64,000 nt of DNA, from positions 64,001 through 128,000 of the forward strand of contig JBHGBC010000002.1 in the NCBI GenBank assembly GCA_041946805.1, written 5' to 3'. How positions within the stretch are numbered: position 1 is the first letter of the stretch; every line of letters starts with the position of its first letter. Position numbers and translations under genes: made by a program. Below are positions 38,543-47,677 of this stretch, piece by piece. The DNA comes from a bacterium (GTDB lineage: Bacteria > Hinthialibacterota > Hinthialibacteria > Hinthialibacterales > Hinthialibacteraceae). The notes beneath the pieces are model-generated. The model worked only from the letters and a program-made list of their open reading frames with translations, was not told the origin of the DNA and searched no databases.

Positions 38543-40079
38543 GAAAATCATAATCTTCGATACGACGCTGCGGGACGGGGAGCAATCGCCCGGCTTCAGC
38601 ATGAACATGAAGGAAAAAATCGAGTTCGCGCAGCAGCTGAAGCGGCTGAACGTGGACATCATCGAAGCCGGATTCCCGATTTCGTCGCCCGGGGATTTCG
38701 ACTCGGTGAAGGCCATTGCCCAACAGGTGGAAGGGCCGCAGATCTGCGGGCTGGCGCGGGCGCTGGAGAAGGACATCGACCGCTGCTGGGAAGCGGTGCA
38801 GTACTCGAAACGGCCGCGCATCCACACCTTCATCGCCACCAGCCAGGTGCACATGGAGAAGAAACTCAAGAAAACGCGGAAAGAGGTGCGCGACCTGGCG
38901 GTGCAGGCGGTCCAGCATGCCCGGAAATACACGGACAACGTGGAGTTTTCGACGGAAGACGCCGCGCGCACGGAGCGGGATTACATCTGCGAGGTGGTGG
39001 AGGCGGCGATCGACGCGGGAGCCACGACCATCAACATTCCCGACACGGTGGGGTATTCCAATCCGTGGGAATTCGGCGATCTCATCGCCTATATTTTCGA
39101 GAAGGTCCCCAACGTGCATCAGGCCATCATCAGCGTGCACTGCCACAACGATCTGGGGCTGGCGGTGGCCAATTCGCTGGCGGCCATCCGCAACGGGGCG
39201 CGGCAGGTGGAATGCACCATCAACGGGATCGGCGAGCGGGCCGGCAACGCCTCGCTGGAAGAGACCGTGATGAACATCAAGACCCGGCAGGATTTCTTCC
39301 CGTTCCACACGGACGTGAACACGGAGCAGATTTATCCCGCCAGCCGCATGCTGACGCGCTTCACGGGCATCGCGGTGCAGCCGAACAAGGCCATCGTGGG
39401 GGCGAACGCCTTCGCGCACGAGGCGGGCATCCACCAGGATGGGGTGCTCAAGGAGCGGACGACGTACGAGATCATGCGGCCGTCGGCGGTGGGGTGGACG
39501 GGCAGTTCGATGGTGCTGGGCAAGCATTCGGGGCGGCACGCGTTCGTCGCGCGGCTCTCCGAGCTGGGCGTCACCCTGGAGGGGCCGGCGCTGGAGAACG
39601 CCTTCAACGCCTTCAAGGAACTGGCCGACCGCAAGAAGACCGTTTTCGACGAGGACCTGATCGCCATCGTGGACGAGCAGACGCGGAGCGTCGAGCAGGC
39701 GCGCTTTGTGCTGCAAGACCTGTTCATCAAGATCGGGCCGGACATGAAGCCGTCCGCGACGGTGCGCATCCAGGCCAACGGGGAAACGCTCGAAGGCAGC
39801 GGGACGGGCGACGGAGCGCTGGACGCGGCGTTTTCGATCATCAAGCAGCTGACCGGCATGCAGGAAGCGGTGCTGGTGGATTACAGCGTCGGAGCGGTCA
39901 CCGTGGGAACGGACGCGCAAGGCTCGGCGCGGGTGGTGCTCAAGAAAAATAACCGGGAAGCGGTGGGCCGCGGGACGGACACGGACGTGATCCGGGCCAG
40001 CGTGAAGGCGTTCCTCAACGCGGTCAACCGCCTGTGCACGGCCGCCGAGCGGGAGAAGGAAGTTACGCCGTCGGTGTGA
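38535..40079 (+). CDS. leuA: 2-isopropylmalate synthase
   Basis: [35 protein letters not shown] and LGKHSGR, plus C-terminal regulatory domain. Confidence 0.97.
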   Translation: MTEKIIIFDTTLRDGEQSPGFSMNMKEKIEFAQQLKRLNVDIIEAGFPISSPGDFDSVKAIAQQVEGPQICGLARALEKDIDRCWEAVQYSKRPRIHTFIATSQVHMEKKLKKTRKEVRDLAVQAVQHARKYTDNVEFSTEDAARTERDYICEVVEAAIDAGATTINIPDTVGYSNPWEFGDLIAYIFEKVPNVHQAIISVHCHNDLGLAVANSLAAIRNGARQVECTINGIGERAGNASLEETVMNIKTRQDFFPFHTDVNTEQIYPASRMLTRFTGIAVQPNKAIVGANAFAHEAGIHQDGVLKERTTYEIMRPSAVGWTGSSMVLGKHSGRHAFVARLSELGVTLEGPALENAFNAFKELADRKKTVFDEDLIAIVDEQTRSVEQARFVLQDLFIKIGPDMKPSATVRIQANGETLEGSGTGDGALDAAFSIIKQLTGMQEAVLVDYSVGAVTVGTDAQGSARVVLKKNNREAVGRGTDTDVIRASVKAFLNAVNRLCTAAEREKEVTPSV

Positions 40080-40109
40080 CGGCCTCCCATCCATCGGATT
40101 GCATCATTT

Positions 40110-40139
40110 CCCGGGGGTGTTCGAAAGGATGCCCCCGGG
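40110..40139. terminator. GC-rich hairpin between convergent leuA and MTase genes
   Basis: cccgggggtgttc-gaaa-ggatgcccccggg. Confidence 0.55.
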
Positions 40140-40161
40140 GGTTTGTAAATGAATTTACAGA

Positions 40162-40827
40162 TCATAAATCAGGTATTAAAAGGCCCTGGATGTGGGTTTT
40201 TAAAACAGGTTTTGTATGGTTCGAATAAGTTGGCCAGGTAGGTTGATAATCGTCCACTTCATTTCCCCACTGTGTCCAATGATTTCTTTTACCCCGTGCA
40301 AAGAGTTCAAGATATGGACCTGGACTACAAGATTCGATAATGGAATATAGTTCATCTGGTTTCCGGGAATGTTCTCGTTTTTGCGCACGAATGATATTTA
40401 CTTGTTTGCGGCCAGGGGGAAGTGTACGAAGATGACCACGCACACCAAATAACACTAATTCAGTTGTATTTCTGAAATAAAAACCAACCCCACGGCCATC
40501 TGGTCCTCCATCTTTTCTTATCTTATGCCAAACCAGGTTTGTTTTATAAATATACCCCCAAGATTTCATAACTTCTAAACCTTCTAACAGTAATGCATTA
40601 GGTACCCAGAGGTATAAATGACTTTGATCGGCTGACACAGAACATATAGGAAGATTTTTTATTATATCGAGTTTCAATGTTTCATAGCGGGATAAACGCT
40701 TATGTTCAGGGGCCATTTTCCCCGTTCGATTAACAAATTGCCAAGGGGGATCCGCTAGTATTGTACCAAATTTCTGCCCATTTATTGTTTTTAATAAATC
40801 TTCTGAAATTTCATCTAATATTTTCAT
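40162..40827 (-). CDS. MT-A70 (Ime4/METTL3-like) N6-adenine methyltransferase
   Basis: ILADPPW, HLYLWVPN, GVGFYFRNTTE, EHSRKP and YLELFAR. AT-rich. Confidence 0.92.
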   Translation of the reverse strand: MKILDEISEDLLKTINGQKFGTILADPPWQFVNRTGKMAPEHKRLSRYETLKLDIIKNLPICSVSADQSHLYLWVPNALLLEGLEVMKSWGYIYKTNLVWHKIRKDGGPDGRGVGFYFRNTTELVLFGVRGHLRTLPPGRKQVNIIRAQKREHSRKPDELYSIIESCSPGPYLELFARGKRNHWTQWGNEVDDYQPTWPTYSNHTKPVLKTHIQGLLIPDL

Positions 40828-41417
40828 TATTCATCCTCAATATATAACTTTCGGGTAATTCCGAATATCAAGATAGGACATCCGCCACCGCCACCACCCT
40901 CTATTCTTGGTAATAATCTGCTCATATGAGTAGTTGAAGTTCCATATGATTTGCCTCTTCCAATCGAATCAAATATTTCTTGAAGTTCATCACAACGAGT
41001 AATTATTATGCCAATACTGATTGCTCTTAGATCAAACAAGAGTCTAAAATTATTCAAATCACGGTCAAAAAATGGATCCTTGTTATTCCATTCAATTTCT
41101 AGAGCTATGCGGTTTTTATAGCAATCAATTTTGTGTGTCGGAGTTTCCATCGCATGGTCATCAACCACAACTTTCGTTGAAAAATCTTTTTCTTGCCATC
41201 CTCGAGCATATAAAAAATGATCAATGAATTCCGATATTTTAGATTTTCGACCCCCACCGATGGTTATCCAACTCTTATAAAACCTGAATTTCATTAAAAC
41301 TTCAATCAAATCATTCCACTCATTTTGGAAATCATTTTCTAGAATTGCCGAAGCATGTTTCCATTCATGAATCTCGTAATTTTCTTGAATATATGATGGA
41401 AATCTTTCTACAGTCAT
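40827..41417 (-). CDS. BglII/BstYI-like type II restriction endonuclease
   Basis: HKIDCYKNRIALEIEWNNKDPFFDRDL core. TAATG overlap with the MTase. AT-rich. Confidence 0.8.
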   Translation of the reverse strand: MTVERFPSYIQENYEIHEWKHASAILENDFQNEWNDLIEVLMKFRFYKSWITIGGGRKSKISEFIDHFLYARGWQEKDFSTKVVVDDHAMETPTHKIDCYKNRIALEIEWNNKDPFFDRDLNNFRLLFDLRAISIGIIITRCDELQEIFDSIGRGKSYGTSTTHMSRLLPRIEGGGGGGCPILIFGITRKLYIEDE

Positions 41418-41522
41418 TCTCTACCCAAAATCTCGTGAAAATTTGTTCACTTTTTCATTATAACAAAAAAAACCTATAATTAATACTCCCATAAAAAAAT
41501 TCTCCAAAAAAATTATAACTAT

Positions 41523-44500
41523 CTACAAATCCACCACATACGTCGTGAACGGCGCGGCGCCGTCGGAGTTGTAGTGGTGCTCCTCGCGGCCGCCGGGATA
41601 TTGCTGGCGGACCGGATTCAGGTACTTGCGGTTGGCGCGGACAAACAGGAAGCACACCGGGCCGCGGCGGAGAATCTTGGTCTTGAGAAATTGCTCCGGC
41701 TCCAAGACGTCCTTGCCCTGGGCCTCGGGGGCCAGGAACTGGATGGTCCCGTATTGGAAAAACACGTGCGGCGGGCCGAAGAAATAGGTGTACGGCGTGG
41801 AACCCGCCTCATGCAGATAGCGGGCGATGCGGGTCCATTCATCGAGCAGTTGAGGCTTGGCCTGGATCTGATGGAAATAGCGGTGCATGCCCAGTACAAG
41901 GATCAATACCAAGGCCAGGGCCGTAAATCCGGCGCGGGCGCGCCCGGACCATTGGCAAATCCCTCCCAAGTGGTTCAACACCCCTTGCAGCACCGGCGCG
42001 GCGATCAGTATCAGGAGGGGAATCAGGCCCACCAGGCGCTGGTAGGCGGGGGCGTGATCGGTGAGGGCGCTGCCCGCGATCACCGTGACCACGCTCCAGT
42101 AGAGGAGCAGGCGGGCCGCCGGGTGGCGTAACATGGTGAAGAGCATCAGGAAGCCCACGGTAAACAACACGGCGGGGATGGGATCGAGCATCCCGCCGTG
42201 GCGGCTGTTGATCAGGTAAGGGCTATGGTCTTCGTGGGTGATGGGCGCCAGGAAGCTGCGCTCGAACTGATGCCGCACGATTTCGGCGAGGGAGAGGTCG
42301 GCGGGATAATCCCGTAGGATCAGCTCGCGGCCGCTCTTGGAAAAGAGGCTCACGCTCTGGGCGCGGGAGAAGGCCGATCCCGGCGCGGCGAGGAAGGTCC
42401 CCGCCAGGGGCGCGATTCCCACCCAGAAGGCCAGCAGGTACGCGAATACGCTGGTGATCAGCGAACGGAAGCGGAGGGCGCGGGTCAGCCACAATAAAAT
42501 CAGCGAAGACAAAATCAGGGGGGTCAGCAGTTTGGTGGCCTGATAGGACAGTTCGCCCACGGCGGTGAGCAATCCCGCGTAACAGAGATACCGGCTATCT
42601 TCTTGCAATCCGCGCGCCAGGCAATAGAGGACGGCCACGGTGAACAGGATGGTTTGATTGTACCCGATGCCAACGCGGGAAAAATGCACCGTGTAGGACG
42701 AGACGGTGAACAGAAAGACTGCGAGCACCGCCGGCGCGGGCCGCAAAAACCGCCGGGCCAGAAGATAAAACACGGGGATGGCGGCCAGGGAGATCAGCGC
42801 CCCCGTCAGGCGGACGCCGAACAGATTGCCGCCGAACAGCCACATGCCCCACGAGGGGATGAGATAAAACAAGTAGGGGATCTGGTACCAGCCCAGGTCG
42901 AAGAAGTTCCAGTTGCCGGCGTCACGGAGGCGCAGGGCTTGCAGGGCCACTTCGCCTTCATCCCCGTGCACGTCGGTGGGGATGGAAGTGGAGCCGATGG
43001 AATACAGGCAGGCGCCCAGCAGCACGATGAGCGCCACGGCCGTGTTGCCCCAATACTCCGCCACGCGGGAGGGCGCATCGGAAGCGGACGGCGCATCCGG
43101 GGCGTCCCGGTCCGGGGAGGGATCTTTCGGTAAAGATACCGGAAACGCGAATGTCAACGGCCCGATCCGCAGCAGGCCCGGCTCGAAATAACCTTTGCGT
43201 TCAGGACGGGGGAAATAACGGAACAGCAAGGCCAGTGAGAATCCCCAGGCAATCATGGGCCAATACCACGGCCAAGGGCCGCCCACGGCAAATCCCCGGA
43301 CATGGAAATATTGGCAAAGCAGAGGGATCAAGGGGAATAGAATCAAGATCAAGGTTTGACGCTTCGTGAAGGGAAATGGAATGATCCCGGCGAGGGACTG
43401 CCACCGGCCGCGGGGAAGGTAGGCGTCCGCGGCGTGGCGCAGGGTGAAGAGCAACAACAGCGCGCAACCGAGCCAATAAGTCAATCCTGGGCGGTGGCTG
43501 GGCGAAGCCGCCGCCAGGGCGTGAGCATGGTAGGTAATGGCGAACGCCAGCGCGTAGGCTGTCACCAACGCGGCGCGGACCCTGGGACCTCCCGGAGTGA
43601 AGCGGGAACTCAGCCACCAGGCCAATCCCGCCGCCAGCAGTCCCACATAGGCATTGAAAAGCGGAAATCCAGACGATGAGGCAGCCGGAGCCTGAACCGC
43701 TGGTTCACCGGGAGTCGCGGGCGGCGCGGCCGGCGGGGGAAACTTGGCCTGCACGAGGCACAAGAACAAGTTCGCTTCCTGAAAGAATTCCACGGCCTGG
43801 ATGAAGTTGAGTTGTTTTCGGAATACTTTGAGAGAGCCCTCGGGAGTGAGTTCCTGGATTTGCTGCTGGTCGCCGTCGGCGATGAGGACCGAGCCGGTGG
43901 GCAGCGGCGTCAGCTTCACGGGGTGGTTGAATCCCCGGTATTCTTTCTCGATCTGGCCGGAGGGCCGGACATCCAGAAGGCGGTGGTTGTCGAAGTCGGA
44001 GATCAGGGTGTTGCCGTTGGGCAGGCGCAGGGCGTCCATGGGCTGCGTGAGGCCCTGCTCGTAACTCCAGGCCAATTGGCCGTCTCGGGTGACTTCGAGG
44101 ATGGCGCCGGCCTGGGCGTCGCACACGAGGAGGTTGCCGTTGGACAGCAAATCCGCGTCGACGGGGCCCTGGAAAGGATACGGAACATTCTCCTGGAATC
44201 CGGTTTCCTGGTTATAAAAAAAAACCCGTTTGCCCGGGCGGGAGGTTAAGAGAAAAAGACCCGGCTCCAGATCCAGGACATCGACATCGTTCAGCGGCTC
44301 GAAGGAGGATTTGAACACCTGCACGCCGTCGCCGGAGTAGATGAGGAAATCCCCGGAAAGCGTGGTCACCGCGAAATGGGCCCGGGCCGGGATGACGGCT
44401 AGGTCGGTGGGGCTGTCAGGCACGGGATAAAGCCCCTGTGGCCCCCCCCGGGCATCCAGAACCACCACGCCGGATTTTGTGGGAAAGCCATCCACCAGCG

Positions 44501-44597
44501 CCTCGGATTGCGCGCGGGAGATTGCGGGAAACACCAGCCCGAGCCCGGCCGCGGCCGCCACAATCAGCAGCCGGGACGCAGAGAATTTGTTCTCCAT
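41523..44597 (-). CDS. GT-C (ArnT/PMT, GT39/83-like) glycosyltransferase with N-terminal beta-propeller
   Basis: Signal peptide, repeats PxDAxxLxNGNxLxxD, Pro/Ala linker, HGDEGE luminal motif, GGNLFGVRL and many TM segments. Confidence 0.8.
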   Translation of the reverse strand: MENKFSASRLLIVAAAAGLGLVFPAISRAQSEALVDGFPTKSGVVVLDARGGPQGLYPVPDSPTDLAVIPARAHFAVTTLSGDFLIYSGDGVQVFKSSFEPLNDVDVLDLEPGLFLLTSRPGKRVFFYNQETGFQENVPYPFQGPVDADLLSNGNLLVCDAQAGAILEVTRDGQLAWSYEQGLTQPMDALRLPNGNTLISDFDNHRLLDVRPSGQIEKEYRGFNHPVKLTPLPTGSVLIADGDQQQIQELTPEGSLKVFRKQLNFIQAVEFFQEANLFLCLVQAKFPPPAAPPATPGEPAVQAPAASSSGFPLFNAYVGLLAAGLAWWLSSRFTPGGPRVRAALVTAYALAFAITYHAHALAAASPSHRPGLTYWLGCALLLLFTLRHAADAYLPRGRWQSLAGIIPFPFTKRQTLILILFPLIPLLCQYFHVRGFAVGGPWPWYWPMIAWGFSLALLFRYFPRPERKGYFEPGLLRIGPLTFAFPVSLPKDPSPDRDAPDAPSASDAPSRVAEYWGNTAVALIVLLGACLYSIGSTSIPTDVHGDEGEVALQALRLRDAGNWNFFDLGWYQIPYLFYLIPSWGMWLFGGNLFGVRLTGALISLAAIPVFYLLARRFLRPAPAVLAVFLFTVSSYTVHFSRVGIGYNQTILFTVAVLYCLARGLQEDSRYLCYAGLLTAVGELSYQATKLLTPLILSSLILLWLTRALRFRSLITSVFAYLLAFWVGIAPLAGTFLAAPGSAFSRAQSVSLFSKSGRELILRDYPADLSLAEIVRHQFERSFLAPITHEDHSPYLINSRHGGMLDPIPAVLFTVGFLMLFTMLRHPAARLLLYWSVVTVIAGSALTDHAPAYQRLVGLIPLLILIAAPVLQGVLNHLGGICQWSGRARAGFTALALVLILVLGMHRYFHQIQAKPQLLDEWTRIARYLHEAGSTPYTYFFGPPHVFFQYGTIQFLAPEAQGKDVLEPEQFLKTKILRRGPVCFLFVRANRKYLNPVRQQYPGGREEHHYNSDGAAPFTTYVVDL

Positions 44598-44678
44598 GGA
44601 GGTTCATCCTCATTCAAAGGGTACCCACCCCGAATCAGGATGGGTACCCCGGTATGACAAGCGAAAGAATCCCGCCGA

Positions 44679-47636
44679 TCAACGGCCCTGCTTGGTTTGC
44701 GAAAGTTTCTCGTTGGTGGTCCCGTCTTCTTCCGTGGCGGAATCCACGTGGTATTTGATCGTGGCCGCCGCGCTGACTTCCTCGATCCAGGCCTGAAAGG
44801 CGACCGCTTTCAGGCGTTGCTCCAATTGCTGGAGGCTGGGAATCTCGGCATCGGGCTTTTCCTGGGCCGCGGACTTACCCAACACTTGTACGATATACGC
44901 GCCGGCCAGGCGGTCACGAACCCAGTGTTTGTTTTCATCCATGCGCTCCTGATAGATCTTCACGACGCCCGAGATCTTGCCTGGTTCGAGTGCGAGCACG
45001 GTCTTGGTGAACGGCAGGGCGCGCCCGGCGATGCCCGGGACGAAGCCGTTGCCGGTGATCTCACTGGGGCCGCGGTACAAGGCTCCCTTGCCGGTGGGAC
45101 GCTTGCTGTCCAGATCATCGTACTGCTTCAACGCGACGGCTTGCGTGGCGGAGACCGGCTGGGCGTTGACCAGGGCGTCCTGGATCATTTTCAACGTCTG
45201 CTCCGCGGACTGGATGGCCAGGTCACCGGCCATGAAGAGGCGGTAGTCTTCCTCGGCCTTTTCCCGGACCTCGGCGAGATCGGGGATGTAGGGCTCCTTG
45301 ATCTCGTTGAGTTTCATGATGTAGTACGCCTGCACGGGCTGCTTGGCGGAAGGATTGGCCGGATTGGATTGCGGCGACACCGGAACCGGCAGGGAGACTT
45401 CGCCGACCTTTTGCAGATCGAACGCCGCATAGTTGAACGCGGGCTGTGGCCCGATGCCTTCGATGGGATCGGACATCTTGAACAGAGGCGTCGTGCCCCA
45501 GGCGATATTCTGTTTCGCGGCGGCTTCGGGAAGGCTCAGGGCGTTGTCGATCACGAAATAGGCGAAGTTGTTGGCCTCGACGCGGGCCAAGGACTCGGCG
45601 CGGGACTGGACGTATTCCTTGACGGCGCGGTCCCGCACTTCCGCCAGTTCGGGCAGGTGTTCCGGCTCGCGGGCGGTCAGGCGGATAATATGAACGCCGT
45701 CTTGCATTTGGATGGGTCCGCCGGTTTCACCGACGTTGAGGGTAAAGGCGGTGCTGATCAGTTCCGTCGGGCGGGGGCCGAAGCCGGGCACGTACGAATC
45801 CTCCCGGCCGAAGAGGCCGGAGGTTTGAATCTCCAATCCCCGCTCCTTGGCGATGTCCTCGAGTTTCAGGGATTCCTTCTTGATCCGGTCGAGATCGGCC
45901 TGGGCGAATTCCTTGACCAGAGAGGCCGCCTTGGTTTGCTTCAACTGCAGGACCACACGGCTCCGGGCTTCCTCCAGGGTCATGGGTGTGGCGGGTTGCC
46001 GCTCCAGGAATTCAATGACATAGAGATTTTCGCTGAATTCCCGCCCGGCGATCTGGACCGGCTTTTCGGCGTTGGTCTGGAAGGCGGCGGAAGAGAAGAT
46101 CAGCCGGTCGCGGGTGGGAATGCCGGCGATGTCCTCCCCACGGGCGAACCAATCGGTGGTCTTGATTTCATATTGTCCGGCGAGTTCGTCGAGCGATTTG
46201 ACCGGGGCGGTCTTGGCCTGGAAAGCCTGGAAGGCATTCTGTTTTTGGATTGTGTCGCGGATTACGTTCTTCACCGCCTCCAGGGGATCGGTGCCCTTCT
46301 GCTTGCGGTCCTCGACCAGGATCAGATGGTAGCCGTATTCGGTCTTGACCGGTTCGGAGATCTGTCCCAGGGGGAGTTCGAAGGCCGCTTTTTCGAACGC
46401 GGCGGTCATGCGGCCGCGGGGGAAGTAGCCCAGTTCCCCGCCCTGCACGGCGCTGCTGTCCTGGGAATATTTCTTGGCCGCGTCGGCGAAGGTGATTTTC
46501 CCGTCCGCAATTTCCTGGCGGATATCGAGTATGCGTTTCTTCACCGCCTCGGACTCCTCGGCCGTGGCTTCCGGGGTGACTTTCAACAGGATGTGGCTGG
46601 CCTTGGCCAAATCTTCCGGATGCTGGAAACGGGCCAGGTTGGTTTCATAGTACTGCTGGATGGCCTCGTCCGTGACGGCCTCCTGGCCGGCCATGGGCGC
46701 GAGGGGCTGCATGACATAGCGGACCCGGATCTTCTCCTGATGCTGGTAGGAGGCGAGGTTGTCATTGTAGTATTTCTGGATTTCTTCCTCCGTGACCTGC
46801 GCCCGGTCGGCGAACTGCTTGGCGGTATAGGCGATGTGATCCACGCGGACGCGGTCGGGAATCCGGTAATTTTCCTGGTTTTCCTGGAAGAAACGGGTGA
46901 GCTGGGTCTCGCTGAAGGTGACGCCGTTGACGAAGGACGAAGGCAGGAACACGGCGTAATCGACGCGGCGCTGTTCAGGAATCTCGTACTGCTTTTTCCG
47001 CCCTTCGAAGAATTCCTTCAGTTTGCCTTCATCCACCTGGACATCCTGGGTATAGCGGCTGGGCTCGAAGGCCAGGTATTCGACCTGGATCTTCTGCTCT
47101 TCCTGGCTTTTGATCCGCTGGAGTTCCCCGGCGGACGGGAAAAGCGTCGAGGAGACAAAGGATTGGATTTTCATCCGGGTGAGGTTGTCCCGTTGTTCCT
47201 CTTCAAACTGGATGGGATGGATGTTGTTGGACAGCAGGACATTGCGGTAACGGGCGGCGCTGAAGTTGCCGGCCTCGTCCTTGAAATACTCCATTTCGCG
47301 GATGGAGCGGGAGACTTCGCTGTCGGTGGTGTGCAAGCCGAGCTCCCGGGCCTTCTGCTCGTTCAACACGGACACGATAGCCCGGCGCATGGCCTGGGCA
47401 TGGAGCTGATCGAAATCCAGGTCCTGGCCGAATTGTTGATACTGGCGCTGGAGGTTTTCGCGCAAGGCGGCGAGTTGCTGATCCGTGATCTGGTCTCCGT
47501 TGACGGTGGCGGCCCATTGGATCATGGCGGGTTTCTGGCATTCCCCGTAGCCGTACAGCACGATAAAGGATGGTATGACCAGCCACAGGGTGTAGGTCAT
47601 GATGTCTTTCTTGTGCCGATTCATCCATTCAAACAT
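44679..47636 (-). CDS. ppiD: PpiD/SurA-N parvulin-type peptidyl-prolyl isomerase, enlarged
   Basis: MFEWMNRHKK plus TM anchor, ATVNGDQIT, KASHILL, FADAAKKYSQD, GGELG and PVKTEYGYHLI. Confidence 0.88.
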   Translation of the reverse strand: MFEWMNRHKKDIMTYTLWLVIPSFIVLYGYGECQKPAMIQWAATVNGDQITDQQLAALRENLQRQYQQFGQDLDFDQLHAQAMRRAIVSVLNEQKARELGLHTTDSEVSRSIREMEYFKDEAGNFSAARYRNVLLSNNIHPIQFEEEQRDNLTRMKIQSFVSSTLFPSAGELQRIKSQEEQKIQVEYLAFEPSRYTQDVQVDEGKLKEFFEGRKKQYEIPEQRRVDYAVFLPSSFVNGVTFSETQLTRFFQENQENYRIPDRVRVDHIAYTAKQFADRAQVTEEEIQKYYNDNLASYQHQEKIRVRYVMQPLAPMAGQEAVTDEAIQQYYETNLARFQHPEDLAKASHILLKVTPEATAEESEAVKKRILDIRQEIADGKITFADAAKKYSQDSSAVQGGELGYFPRGRMTAAFEKAAFELPLGQISEPVKTEYGYHLILVEDRKQKGTDPLEAVKNVIRDTIQKQNAFQAFQAKTAPVKSLDELAGQYEIKTTDWFARGEDIAGIPTRDRLIFSSAAFQTNAEKPVQIAGREFSENLYVIEFLERQPATPMTLEEARSRVVLQLKQTKAASLVKEFAQADLDRIKKESLKLEDIAKERGLEIQTSGLFGREDSYVPGFGPRPTELISTAFTLNVGETGGPIQMQDGVHIIRLTAREPEHLPELAEVRDRAVKEYVQSRAESLARVEANNFAYFVIDNALSLPEAAAKQNIAWGTTPLFKMSDPIEGIGPQPAFNYAAFDLQKVGEVSLPVPVSPQSNPANPSAKQPVQAYYIMKLNEIKEPYIPDLAEVREKAEEDYRLFMAGDLAIQSAEQTLKMIQDALVNAQPVSATQAVALKQYDDLDSKRPTGKGALYRGPSEITGNGFVPGIAGRALPFTKTVLALEPGKISGVVKIYQERMDENKHWVRDRLAGAYIVQVLGKSAAQEKPDAEIPSLQQLEQRLKAVAFQAWIEEVSAAATIKYHVDSATEEDGTTNEKLSQTKQGR

Positions 47637-47677
47637 GGAACGACGTCCTCCTCAAACGTTCGGTCTCTTCCTCCGCT

